Shown in pieces: positions 28,853 to 38,855 of a stretch of 64,000 bases of DNA (positions within the stretch are counted from its first letter, which is position 1; every line of letters begins with the position of its first letter). This stretch comes from Treponema sp. (GTDB taxonomy: Bacteria > Spirochaetota > Spirochaetia > Treponematales > Breznakiellaceae): the NCBI GenBank assembly GCA_031280125.1, contig JAITHE010000087.1:7653-71652 (forward strand), given 5' to 3'. A model generated the notes under the pieces. That model had not been told where the DNA came from. It did no database searches and was given only the letters and a program-made list of their open reading frames with translations. The position numbers were made by a program, and so were the translations under genes.

Positions 28853-28936
28853 GCTAAACCGCCGCCGTTCTTGCCTTGCGGGTTTTTCTGCTTTGATGTA
28901 TTTTATAAGATGGAGTATTCTACAAGGAGTATGGCG

Positions 28937-30694
28937 ATGAAAAGTTCCTTTCGTATCGTGGTATGCACAGCCTTCTTTCTGGCGGTTTCGGGCTTGTCCG
29001 CCCAGAATGTAAACCGGGCGGAGCTGGAACAAAACCAGGCTTCGGTTAACTTTATCAATTATGAAGGGCCCCACGCGCAGGTAGACACGGTGGAGCAAAT
29101 CCGGACCATCGGTTACGATCTGGGCCTGGCGGTAAGAAACGGAGCAGACCGGGCAGGCGGGGACAACCGCTATTTTGTGATCCACTGCGTTTCCGGTCCC
29201 GAAGGGGAAAAATACGACGCCGACGTATTCGGTCTGGGAATTGACGTGGGGGTTGATCACATCCGGAACCTCAGGCTTATCATTCAGGGCTACCTTGAGG
29301 GGGCTTATGAATACAGCGCCGCCGACGCCGCCCTGCTGTCCCGGTACATCACCATTTACAACGCCGTATTCCGGGGAGACTGGGATTTCTTTACCGGCCG
29401 CTACAAAAATATGGTGATGGAAAACTTGATCCGGGAAAGGGCAGGGCTTTCCATCCGTTACGATGAATGGCCCGGCCAGACTTTGATGACCATTCCCCTG
29501 GGAACGGGGATCCCCGGATCCCTCAGCGCCATAGACACTTCGGGCCTTACCGATCCCGGCGTAATCGAATCCATGCGCGAAGATGAGGGCAGGGGCATTG
29601 AAGATCGCCAGGAAATGGTGGAACTTAAGGAACGGGAAGCCGATGAGGCCAATCAAAGCGCCACCCTCCAGCGCGAAGCTATAGATGAAGAAGAACGGAA
29701 CATCACCCGGGATCAGGCGGCAAACACCGGATCCCGGCAGCGGATTGAAGAGGAACAGCGCCAGACCCAACAGCGGCGGGAAGAAGCCCAGCAGCAGCAG
29801 CAGCAGGCCCGGCAGCAGCAGCAGCAGGCCCGGCAGGACGAAGCCGCAGGCAGAATAAGCCCCGAAGAAGCGGCCCGGCAGCAGGAAGCGGCCCGGCAGC
29901 GGGAAGAGACCGCCCAGCGGCAGGAAGAAGAAGCCCAGCAGCGCCAGCAGGATCTGGAAAAAGACCAGCAGGCCGTTGACCGGCAGGACGAGGCCATAGC
30001 GGAAAGGCAGCAGCAGCAGGAACAGCGGCGGCAGGATGCGGAAACGGCGGAGCAGCGGGCGGAGCAAAAAGCCCAGGAAGCCCAGGAAGAAAGACAGCGG
30101 ATCGCCCAGGATCAGCAGGAAATGATCAACAGCGGCAGTGCCGCCGGAACCGGAGGCGGCGGCGCCGCTTCCGCGGCGGATCCTGTCCAGGCGGGAACGG
30201 CCCAGACGGAGGCGGCCCAGCCCAAGAGTCTTTTGGCGGCAAGCATTGTCCAGGCAAAAACGTCCCTGGGAAGCCTGCTGCGGCTCGATCCTTCCAGCGG
30301 CGCCACCCTGCTGGCCTCAAAGATGAATACGATCAACGCCCGGACCGTTACCTTCTCCGGAAACAGACTCTTTGCTGTCGCCGGAACCAACCAGAAAAAC
30401 GCCGTCATACGGCTGGTGGAAATAAACCCCGATACCCTGGAAACCGTTAACCAGGGGGATGAAGACATCAGCCCCAACAGCCTGCTGTGGACCGGCGGCG
30501 ACAGCCTCTACGCCATCGTGGTGGTCAACAAAAAGAACTATCTGGCCCGTTTCGACCCCGCCGGCCTGGCCCGCCGGGCCCAGTCGGCGGTGGAGGTCCA
30601 CCCCTATGCATCCTGCCTTGTCCAGGACGGCAAGGTGCTGACCCAGGGAACCAAAGGGAATCCCCTCATCCTGGACGCTCAAAGCCTGGAGTAG
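28937..30694 (+). CDS. P83/100-family spirochaetal protein (secreted, central Q/E/R-rich coiled coil)
   Basis: Conserved blocks are shared with Borrelia P83/100: FINYEGP, EQIRTIG, DADVFGLG, NLRLIIQGYL, ITIYNAVFRGD and AGLSIRYDEWPGQT..IPL. AAGGAG lies 7 nt before the ATG at 28937, giving the signal peptide MKSSFRIVVCTAFFLAVSGLSA. Confidence 0.85.
   Translation: MKSSFRIVVCTAFFLAVSGLSAQNVNRAELEQNQASVNFINYEGPHAQVDTVEQIRTIGYDLGLAVRNGADRAGGDNRYFVIHCVSGPEGEKYDADVFGLGIDVGVDHIRNLRLIIQGYLEGAYEYSAADAALLSRYITIYNAVFRGDWDFFTGRYKNMVMENLIRERAGLSIRYDEWPGQTLMTIPLGTGIPGSLSAIDTSGLTDPGVIESMREDEGRGIEDRQEMVELKEREADEANQSATLQREAIDEEERNITRDQAANTGSRQRIEEEQRQTQQRREEAQQQQQQARQQQQQARQDEAAGRISPEEAARQQEAARQREETAQRQEEEAQQRQQDLEKDQQAVDRQDEAIAERQQQQEQRRQDAETAEQRAEQKAQEAQEERQRIAQDQQEMINSGSAAGTGGGGAASAADPVQAGTAQTEAAQPKSLLAASIVQAKTSLGSLLRLDPSSGATLLASKMNTINARTVTFSGNRLFAVAGTNQKNAVIRLVEINPDTLETVNQGDEDISPNSLLWTGGDSLYAIVVVNKKNYLARFDPAGLARRAQSAVEVHPYASCLVQDGKVLTQGTKGNPLILDAQSLE
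29789..29836 (+). repeat. Coding CAG-rich imperfect tandem repeat ((CAG)6-GCCCGG-(CAG)5-GCCCGG-CAG)
   Basis: Read directly from the sequence. It encodes QQQQQQARQQQQQARQ inside the P83/100 coiled-coil region. Confidence 0.9.
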
Positions 30695-30702
30695 TGTTTT
30701 GG

Positions 30703-30750
30703 GCGCATAAAAAAAGGCTGTCCGGGTCCGGACAGCCTTTTTTTATGCGC
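30703..30750. terminator. Bidirectional rho-independent terminator (23-bp perfect inverted repeat with A7/T7 arms)
   Basis: gcgcataaaaaaaggctgtccgg / ccggacagcctttttttatgcgc. It starts 9 nt after the P83/100 stop codon. Confidence 0.85.
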
Positions 30751-30806
30751 CGCCGGCCCCAAACCCGGGGGAAAGTTAAAAAATTGTAAAGATCGTTAAA
30801 AAAAAC

Positions 30807-30836
30807 TTGACTTTTTCCGGAATGGGCTCCTACAAT
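30807..30836 (+). promoter_or_regulatory. Sigma-70-type promoter for dhaKLM
   Basis: TTGACT (30807-30812), an 18-nt spacer, TACAAT (30831-30836). It lies about 37 nt upstream of the dhaK ATG. Confidence 0.55.
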
Positions 30837-30873
30837 TATTTCGAAAACAATACAAATCGAGGGGGCTTTCTAG

Positions 30874-31872
30874 ATGAAAAAATTGATCAACCATCCAGAC
30901 GATGTGGTAACCGAGGCTTTACGGGGAATGGAGCAGGCCCACGGGGATATCCTCAAGGTCAACTTTGACCCGGCTTACATCATCCGAAAGGAACCAAAAA
31001 AAGGGAAGGTCGCCATTATTTCCGGAGGCGGAAGCGGGCATGAACCCATGCACGGCGGCTTCGTCGGCCTGGGAATGCTGGACGCAGCCTGTCCCGGAGC
31101 GGTATTTACCTCGCCGACCCCGGATCAGATGGAAGCGGCCACCAAGGCGGTAAACGCCGGAGCGGGGGTTATTCACCTGGTTAAAAACTATACCGGCGAC
31201 ATCATGAACTTCCAGATGGCCGCCGACATGTGCGCCTCCGACAACATCAAGGTTGAATCCATTGTTATCGACGACGATGTGGCGGTTAAGGACAGCCTCT
31301 ACACCGCCGGACGCCGGGGGGTCGGTTCCACGGTGCTTACGGAAAAGATCATCGGCGCTTCCGCCGAGCGGGGAGACGATCTGGCGGCGGTGGTAAAATA
31401 CGCCAATTACTGCAAAGACAACGGCCGCAGCATGGGCATGGCCCTCACATCCTGTACCCTGCCCGCGGTGGGCAAACCGATCTTTGAAATCGGAGACGAT
31501 GAAATAGAAATGGGCGTCGGCATCCACGGCGAACCGGGCCGGGAACGGATGAAGCTGAAAACAGCCAATGAACTTGTGGATATGATGATCGAGCCGGTAC
31601 TCTCCGACAAAGGCCTCAAGAACGGCGATGAAGTGATCCTGATGCTGAACGGCATGGGTGGAACCCCGCTGATCGAACTGTACCTGCTTTACAGCCGGGC
31701 GGTGGAAACCGCCGGCAAAAAGGGCGTAAAGGTGGTCCGGTCCCTGGTGGGGAACTACATCACCTCCCTGGAGATGCAGGGATTCAGCATCACCCTTATG
31801 AAGGCCGGCGGGGACATCCTAAAACTCTGGGACGCCCCCGTTCACACAGCCGGACTGCGCTGGGGTATTTGA
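30874..31872 (+). CDS. dhaK: Dihydroxyacetone kinase, DhaK subunit
   Basis: GGGSGHEPMHGGFVG and the overall DhaK pattern. 332 aa. Confidence 0.95.
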   Translation: MKKLINHPDDVVTEALRGMEQAHGDILKVNFDPAYIIRKEPKKGKVAIISGGGSGHEPMHGGFVGLGMLDAACPGAVFTSPTPDQMEAATKAVNAGAGVIHLVKNYTGDIMNFQMAADMCASDNIKVESIVIDDDVAVKDSLYTAGRRGVGSTVLTEKIIGASAERGDDLAAVVKYANYCKDNGRSMGMALTSCTLPAVGKPIFEIGDDEIEMGVGIHGEPGRERMKLKTANELVDMMIEPVLSDKGLKNGDEVILMLNGMGGTPLIELYLLYSRAVETAGKKGVKVVRSLVGNYITSLEMQGFSITLMKAGGDILKLWDAPVHTAGLRWGI

Positions 31873-32495
31873 TGATAGGCCTGGACAATCTCCAAGCGCT
31901 GATCCTCCGGCTCAAGGCTGTATACAATGAACAAAAGATCTATCTGTCTGAACTGGATTCAGCCATAGGGGACGGCGATCACGGGGTAAACATGTCCCGG
32001 GGTTTCGATGCGGTTGTTGCAGCCTGGAACGAAGCCCCCCCGGCGGATTTTGCCGATGCCTTTAAGCGGATTTCCATGGCCCTGATCAAAACCGTGGGGG
32101 GGGCTTCGGGGCCGCTCTACGGTACCTTTTTTATGAAGATGGGCGCCGCCATCGGAAAAAAAACCGAATTCGGCCTGGACGAATGGATAGACGGCGTTGA
32201 AAAGGGTATCGCCGGCATCGCCATGATGGGCAAGGCCCAGCGGGGAGATAAAACCATGCTTGACGCCTGGGAGCCCGCCCTGGAAGCCTTAAAGGCGGCC
32301 AGGGCCGCCGGAAGGGACCTTGCAGCGGCCTTAAGCGAAAGCGCCCAGGCAGCGGAACAAGGGATGGCGGCGACTATCCCCATGGTGGCCAAGAAGGGGC
32401 GGGCCAGTTATCTGGGCGAAAGAAGCGCTGGGCACCAGGATCCGGGAGCCACCAGCACGGCGATGCTCTTAAAGGCCGCCGCCGAAAACTTTTAG
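31869..32495 (+). CDS. dhaL: Dihydroxyacetone kinase, ADP-binding DhaL subunit
   Basis: LDSAIGDGDHGVNM motif. 4-nt overlap with dhaK. Confidence 0.95.
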   Translation: MMIGLDNLQALILRLKAVYNEQKIYLSELDSAIGDGDHGVNMSRGFDAVVAAWNEAPPADFADAFKRISMALIKTVGGASGPLYGTFFMKMGAAIGKKTEFGLDEWIDGVEKGIAGIAMMGKAQRGDKTMLDAWEPALEALKAARAAGRDLAAALSESAQAAEQGMAATIPMVAKKGRASYLGERSAGHQDPGATSTAMLLKAAAENF

Positions 32496-32503
32496 GATCT
32501 TCC

Positions 32504-32926
32504 ATGGTCGGATTGGTACTGGTATCCCACAGCAGGGCTTTGGCCCAGGCGGTGCTGGAGCTTGCCCGCGGAGTCAGCGCGGAAGAGTTCATTCCCATTG
32601 CCGCCGCCGGTGGAACCGGAGAAAATCACAGCGGGCTGGGAACGGACGCTACGGACATCATGGAAGCCGTAGAAAAGGTTTACTCCAAAGACGGGGTTCT
32701 TGTCTTGATGGATCTGGGCAGTTCCGTCCTTAGTTCCCAGATGGCCTTGGAACTGCTCGGCGAGGAAAAGGCAAAAAACATCTTCCTGTGTTCCGCTCCT
32801 TTGGTAGAGGGGGCCATAGGAGCCGCGGTCCAGATAGCCGCCGGTTCGCCGGCGGCGGATGTCAAAGATGAAGCCCTGCATGCCCTGGAGGGCAAACAGG
32901 ACCAAATCGGAGATTTTAGGGCATGA
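32504..32926 (+). CDS. dhaM: Dihydroxyacetone kinase phosphotransfer subunit DhaM (single EIIA-Man-like domain)
   Basis: MVGLVLVSHSRALAQAV carries the phospho-His. At 140 aa it has no HPr-like or EI-like extension. Confidence 0.9.
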   Translation: MVGLVLVSHSRALAQAVLELARGVSAEEFIPIAAAGGTGENHSGLGTDATDIMEAVEKVYSKDGVLVLMDLGSSVLSSQMALELLGEEKAKNIFLCSAPLVEGAIGAAVQIAAGSPAADVKDEALHALEGKQDQIGDFRA

Positions 32927-32931
32927 ACAAG

Positions 32932-32968
32932 CGCCGGGTTTTTGTAACACAGTCCCGGCGTTTTTTTT
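32932..32968 (+). terminator. Rho-independent terminator after dhaM
   Basis: cgccggg (32932-32938) pairs with cccggcg (32954-32960) around a 15-nt loop, followed by T8. Confidence 0.6.
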
Positions 32969-32977
32969 CATTTTTTT

Positions 32978-33006
32978 TTGACATGTCGAAATATGGGGTG
33001 TATAAT
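32978..33006 (+). promoter_or_regulatory. Consensus sigma-70 promoter for glpK
   Basis: TTGACA (32978-32983), a 17-nt spacer, TATAAT (33001-33006). An AGGAGG Shine-Dalgarno sequence precedes the ATG at 33078. Confidence 0.75.
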
Positions 33007-33068
33007 ACAACTACATGAGTTTGGATGAAACGCGGGGAAACTCCGGCGGTTTATCTAAAAAATTTTAG

Positions 33069-34571
<1,503 letters not shown>

Positions 34572-34588
34572 GAAATTGGAGGGAGCCT

Positions 34589-34618
34589 CCGGGGAAAGGA
34601 TTCGAATCCTTTCCCCGG
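34589..34618. repeat. Perfect 30-nt palindrome (hairpin) between glpK and the G3P-dehydrogenase-like gene
   Basis: ccggggaaaggattc / gaatcctttccccgg. It is extensible by a c-g pair and a t-g wobble to 34587-34620. No U-tract follows. Confidence 0.8.
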
Positions 34619-34722
34619 GGACCGTGGGCTGTACCCTGGCGGGCTGGTCTGGAGCCTTTGCACAGCAGGACTTGAGGCCAAAGAAAGATCGAACACAATC
34701 AAGGCGAAAACAGGGCTAATCT

Positions 34723-36162
34723 ATGGAAGATGTCATAATCATCGGCGGCGGGATCTGCGGATGCTCGCTCCTCTACGAGTTAAGCCGTTACAAACTAAAG
34801 GTTCTTTTGCTGGAAAAAGAAAACGACGTGGCCTGCGGCACGTCCAAGGCGAACAGCGCCATTGTCCATGCCGGCTACGATCCGGAACCGGATACCAGCA
34901 TGGCCCGCTTCAATGTAGAAGGGAATATCCTAATTGAGCGGCTATGCCGCGATCTGGACATTATGTACAAAAAGACCGGTTCCCTGGTGGTTGGTTTTGG
35001 AGAAGAAGACCGCAGATCAATAGAAAAACTCCTGGAAAAGGGCAATAAAAACAGAGTGCCGGATCTCCGGATCATCGAGGGGGAAGAACTGTTCCGGCTT
35101 GAGCCGAACCTGAGCCGGGAAGCAAGCTGCGCCCTCTACGCCCCCAGCGCCGGTATCGTATGTCCCTGGGAATTGGCATCGGCCCAGGCCGAATGTGCCG
35201 TCCGGGGAGGGGCAAAGGTTGAACTGGACTGCGAGGTAAGGGGCATTAAAAAGGAAGGCGGCGGCTTTACCGTAACAAGCGGCAGGGGTAATTACCAAAG
35301 CCGTTTTGTGGTCAACGCCGCCGGAGTTGACTCCGATACGGTAAGCCGGATGGTGGAACCGGAGTTTTTTGCCATCACCCCCAAAAGCGGAGAATATTTT
35401 ATTCTGGATACCACCGAATCGAACCTGGTCAATACGGTGGTCTTTCCCTGCCCTTCAAAGCTGGGCAAGGGCGTTCTTGTTGCGCCCACGGTACACGGCA
35501 ATATCATCGTGGGACCGGACAGCAAGGATTTCAAACGCGGTGATTATGCCACCACCGCCGTCGGCCTTGAATATGTAAGGAGAAATGCGCTGCGTTCCAT
35601 ACCTTCCATCAACTTCCGGGCCTCCATACGAAATTTCTCCGGCCTCCGGGCAGACGCGGGCCTGGAAGATTTTATCGTGGGCGAGTCCAGGGAAGCGCCG
35701 GGTTTCTTCAATATCGCAGCGGTTAAATCTCCGGGCCTTACTTCTTCCCCCTCCATCGCCAGGGAAATCGCCGGACAGCTTAACCGGAGCGGACTGGCCT
35801 TTGAACCGAATCCGCAGTTTCAGGCCAAACGGCGGGTTAAACGGTTCAGGGACATGAACGAAGAAGAGCGGCGGGCGGCCATCAGGGAAAATCCCCTGTA
35901 CGGAAACATCGTCTGCCGCTGCGAAACTGTTACGGAAGGCGAAATCATCGACGCCCTGGAAAGACCTCTGCCCCCCCGCTCTTTGGACGCCCTTAAGCGG
36001 CGCTGTGCACCGGGGATGGGGCGCTGTCAGGGAGGTTTCTGCGGTTCCCGGGTTCTTGCCCTGATTGCCAGGCACTTTAACCTGAAGCCGGAGGACGTAC
36101 CCAAGGACAGGCGGGGAATGTATATCATCACCGGAGAAACAAAAAAGGGGGGCGCGCCATGA
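34723..36162 (+). CDS. FAD-dependent glycerol-3-phosphate dehydrogenase/oxidase-like flavoprotein with BFD-like [2Fe-2S] domain
   Basis: Dinucleotide fold VIIIGGGICGCS. C-terminal CRCETVTEGEI...CQGGFC. Confidence 0.85.
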   Translation: MEDVIIIGGGICGCSLLYELSRYKLKVLLLEKENDVACGTSKANSAIVHAGYDPEPDTSMARFNVEGNILIERLCRDLDIMYKKTGSLVVGFGEEDRRSIEKLLEKGNKNRVPDLRIIEGEELFRLEPNLSREASCALYAPSAGIVCPWELASAQAECAVRGGAKVELDCEVRGIKKEGGGFTVTSGRGNYQSRFVVNAAGVDSDTVSRMVEPEFFAITPKSGEYFILDTTESNLVNTVVFPCPSKLGKGVLVAPTVHGNIIVGPDSKDFKRGDYATTAVGLEYVRRNALRSIPSINFRASIRNFSGLRADAGLEDFIVGESREAPGFFNIAAVKSPGLTSSPSIAREIAGQLNRSGLAFEPNPQFQAKRRVKRFRDMNEEERRAAIRENPLYGNIVCRCETVTEGEIIDALERPLPPRSLDALKRRCAPGMGRCQGGFCGSRVLALIARHFNLKPEDVPKDRRGMYIITGETKKGGAP

Positions 36163-37814
36163 AAGATACCTACGACGTAATTGTTATCGGCGGGGGTCCC
36201 GCGGGACTTGCCGCCGCCCTCGGCGCCAAGGAAAAAGGAGCGGGGGATGTGCTGATCCTCGAAAGGAACAACACCCTAGGGGGGATCCTTAACCAGTGCA
36301 TCCATAACGGATTTGGCCTGCACCACTTTAAGGAAGAGCTTACCGGCCCCGAATATGCCGCCCGCTTTATCGAGCAGGTCAAAGCGGCGGACATTGAGGT
36401 GATCTGCGGCGCCATGGTACTGGACATTTCCGGGGACCGGACGGTACGGTTTATCCACAGCACATACGGCTATACCGCGGTCCGGGGAAAAGCCGTGGTA
36501 CTGTCCATGGGCTGCCGTGAACGGCCCCGGGGAACTATCGGCATCCCCGGATCACGGCCCGCCGGAGTATTTACCGCCGGGGCCGCCCAGCTTTACATGA
36601 ACATCGAAGGCTACCAAGTCGGAAAACAGGTGGTGATCCTCGGTTCCGGCGACATCGGCCTTATCATGGCCCGGCGGCTTACCCTTGAAGGGGCAAAGGT
36701 GCTGGGGGTATTTGAAGTGCTGCCCTACTCCGGCGGTCTTACCCGGAACATTGTTCAGTGCCTTGAGGACTATGACATTCCCCTCCACCTTTCCCATACC
36801 ATCACGGAAATCCGGGGGGACAAACGGGTCGAACAGGTTGTAATCAACAGGGTCGATGAACATAGAATGCCCATGGCCGGAACGGAAACCCTCTACGACT
36901 GCGACACGGTACTGCTTTCCGTAGGGCTTATTCCGGAAAACGAACTTTCCCGCCATGCCGGGGTGGAAATTGACCACAGAACCAACGGTCCCGTGGTTTA
37001 CGAAAATATGGAAACTTCGATTCCGGGGATCTTTGCCTGCGGCAATGTGGCCCACGTGCACGACCTGGTGGATTTTGTAAGCGCCGAAAGCCTCAAGGCC
37101 GGCAGGGCCGCTGCCGTTTACGCATCGGCGGGCAGGGCCTCCCCGGGAAAGACCTATTCCCTGAAGCCCGGAGAGGGGGTCGGTTATGTGGTACCCCAGA
37201 AGATCCGTCCGGAAAATATCGAAAAAACTACGGAAGTTTTTTTCCGCTCCACGGCGATTTACAAAGAATCAAAAATAGAAATCCGCTCGAGGGGCGAAGT
37301 GCTTGCCTCCTTCAAACGGGAACATCTGGCCCCGGGGGAGATGGAAAAAATCATCCTTTTGAAGGACGCCGTAGAAAAGATCCAAGATGGAGATATTACC
37401 GTGTCGGTGGTCAGCGATACAAAACAGCCGGGGTCCAACGTTACATTCAAAAACAAAAGACCCGACGGCATTACAGAACTTATCTGTATCGTCTGCCCCA
37501 AGGGCTGTCATCTCCAGGTGGACGAAAAAAACGGCTTCAAAGTTTCAGGCCATACCTGCGGGCGGGGAGAAACCTACGGGAGGCAGGAAATCGAAAACCC
37601 CACCCGTATGATAACCTCCACGGTCTGTATAGCCGGAGCGGAAATTCCCCGGATGCCGGTTAAGACCGACAGGCCCATTCCCAAAGACCGGATCTTTGAA
37701 GCCATGGCCCTCCTTAACAGGCTGGAGCTTAAGGAAAAACCCAAAGCCGGAAATCCGGTGGTAAGGGATATTTGCGGTACGGGGGTTAACTTTATCTCCA
37801 GCCGGACACTTTAA
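36159..37814 (+). CDS. Pyridine nucleotide-disulfide oxidoreductase fused to a DUF1667 domain (partner of the G3P dehydrogenase-like protein)
   Basis: VIVIGGGPAGLAAA and ILGSGDIGL Rossmann motifs. The C-terminus CIVCPKGCHLQV...GHTCGRGETYGRQEIENPTRMITSTV is the DUF1667 signature. ATGA overlap with the upstream gene. Confidence 0.8.
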   Translation: MKDTYDVIVIGGGPAGLAAALGAKEKGAGDVLILERNNTLGGILNQCIHNGFGLHHFKEELTGPEYAARFIEQVKAADIEVICGAMVLDISGDRTVRFIHSTYGYTAVRGKAVVLSMGCRERPRGTIGIPGSRPAGVFTAGAAQLYMNIEGYQVGKQVVILGSGDIGLIMARRLTLEGAKVLGVFEVLPYSGGLTRNIVQCLEDYDIPLHLSHTITEIRGDKRVEQVVINRVDEHRMPMAGTETLYDCDTVLLSVGLIPENELSRHAGVEIDHRTNGPVVYENMETSIPGIFACGNVAHVHDLVDFVSAESLKAGRAAAVYASAGRASPGKTYSLKPGEGVGYVVPQKIRPENIEKTTEVFFRSTAIYKESKIEIRSRGEVLASFKREHLAPGEMEKIILLKDAVEKIQDGDITVSVVSDTKQPGSNVTFKNKRPDGITELICIVCPKGCHLQVDEKNGFKVSGHTCGRGETYGRQEIENPTRMITSTVCIAGAEIPRMPVKTDRPIPKDRIFEAMALLNRLELKEKPKAGNPVVRDICGTGVNFISSRTL

Positions 37815-37824
37815 ACAAGGAGGA

Positions 37825-37862
37825 AACGTAACAATGACGGGCGGATTTACGTTCATTTTTTT
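37825..37862 (+). terminator. Weak rho-independent terminator
   Basis: aacgtaa (37825-37831) pairs with ttacgtt (37847-37853) around a 15-nt loop, followed by caT7. Confidence 0.4.
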
Positions 37863-37963
37863 CCCGGCGGACAGGAGCAAAACGGCGGTGTTTGGGGCCG
37901 TTCCGAACCGCTGCGGAAACAATGTAAAAATTCCTGCCCGCCAAAGGATTTCCAAAGTACAAA

Positions 37964-37972
37964 TGGTATAAT
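37964..37972 (+). promoter_or_regulatory. Extended -10 promoter (TGgTATAAT) for glpF with a leader of about 120 nt
   Basis: aaaTGgTATAATac. No good -35 element. The glpF ATG is at 38100. Confidence 0.5.
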
Positions 37973-38099
37973 ACAGTTTTTGGCAGGCGCCGCCGTTGGC
38001 GGTACCTGCTAAACGGGATTCCGGTATCCGGAGCTCCAGGGCTGTATAAAAAACCGGCGTCTGCTTCATGGCGGAGCAGATGCCGCAAGGAGAAGGGGT

Positions 38100-38795
38100 A
38101 TGTCACCATATCTTGGAGAGTTTATCGGTACCGCCATTCTGATCCTTTTGGGCGATGGCTGTGTGGCCAACGTAATTCTGAGGGGGACCAAGGGCAACGG
38201 CAGCGGATGGATCGTAATCACCACAGGGTGGGCAGTAGCGGTATTTGTTCCCGCTATGATTTTTGGTTCCATCAGCGGCGGGTCTTTTAATCCGGCCCTT
38301 ACCATCGGTTTGGCGGCGGCGGGCAAATTTGATCCGGCCATGGTACCCGGTTATATCGGAGCGCAGTTTGCCGGCGCTTTTGTGGGGGCGTTCCTTGTAT
38401 GGCTTATGTACAAGAACCACTTTGATGAAACCACCGATCCCGGAACCCAGCTCGGCGTGTTCTCCACAGGACCGGCTATCCGCAATACCGGTAGGAACCT
38501 GATCAGTGAAATTATTGGTACCTTCTGCCTGGTCTTCTTCCTTTCCGTACCCAATGGTTCACAGTTCGGCGGGTTTTTTGTATACGCGGTTATCCTGACC
38601 ATCGGTATCAGCCTTGGCGGTACCACCGGTTATGCCATTAACCCGGCCCGCGACCTTGGCCCCCGCATCGCCCATGCGGTGCTGCCGATAAAGGGCAAGG
38701 GCAGTTCCGACTGGGGTTACGCCTGGATTCCTGTGGTAGGGCCGGTTGTCGGAGCTATCCTTGGGGCATTGACCGGTGCAGCCCTGTTTAAGTGA
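38100..38795 (+). CDS. glpF: Glycerol uptake facilitator (MIP/aquaglyceroporin)
   Basis: Two NPA boxes, SFNPALT and INPARDLGPR. Six TM segments. Confidence 0.92.
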   Translation: MSPYLGEFIGTAILILLGDGCVANVILRGTKGNGSGWIVITTGWAVAVFVPAMIFGSISGGSFNPALTIGLAAAGKFDPAMVPGYIGAQFAGAFVGAFLVWLMYKNHFDETTDPGTQLGVFSTGPAIRNTGRNLISEIIGTFCLVFFLSVPNGSQFGGFFVYAVILTIGISLGGTTGYAINPARDLGPRIAHAVLPIKGKGSSDWGYAWIPVVGPVVGAILGALTGAALFK

Positions 38796-38855
38796 GCCGT
38801 CCAAAACGTGTTTTTTTGGACATCAACCATTCAAATTTGAGATGAGGAGAAAGAC

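Noticed and set aside
29789-29836. Tandem repeats considered as a CRISPR or VNTR locus
   Set aside because: The units are trinucleotide-based and in frame inside a coding region. There are no spacers of unique sequence.
28751-30067. 438-aa ORF on the minus strand (L/P/G/F-rich)
   Set aside because: It is the antisense shadow of the P83/100 gene. Its low-complexity composition mirrors the Q/E/R-rich coiled coil, and the sense-strand protein has clear family matches.
34589-34618. Possible tRNA or tRNA fragment, because of the GGATTCGAATCC T-arm-like core
   Set aside because: No acceptor, D or anticodon arms can be drawn around it. It is simply a long perfect palindrome.
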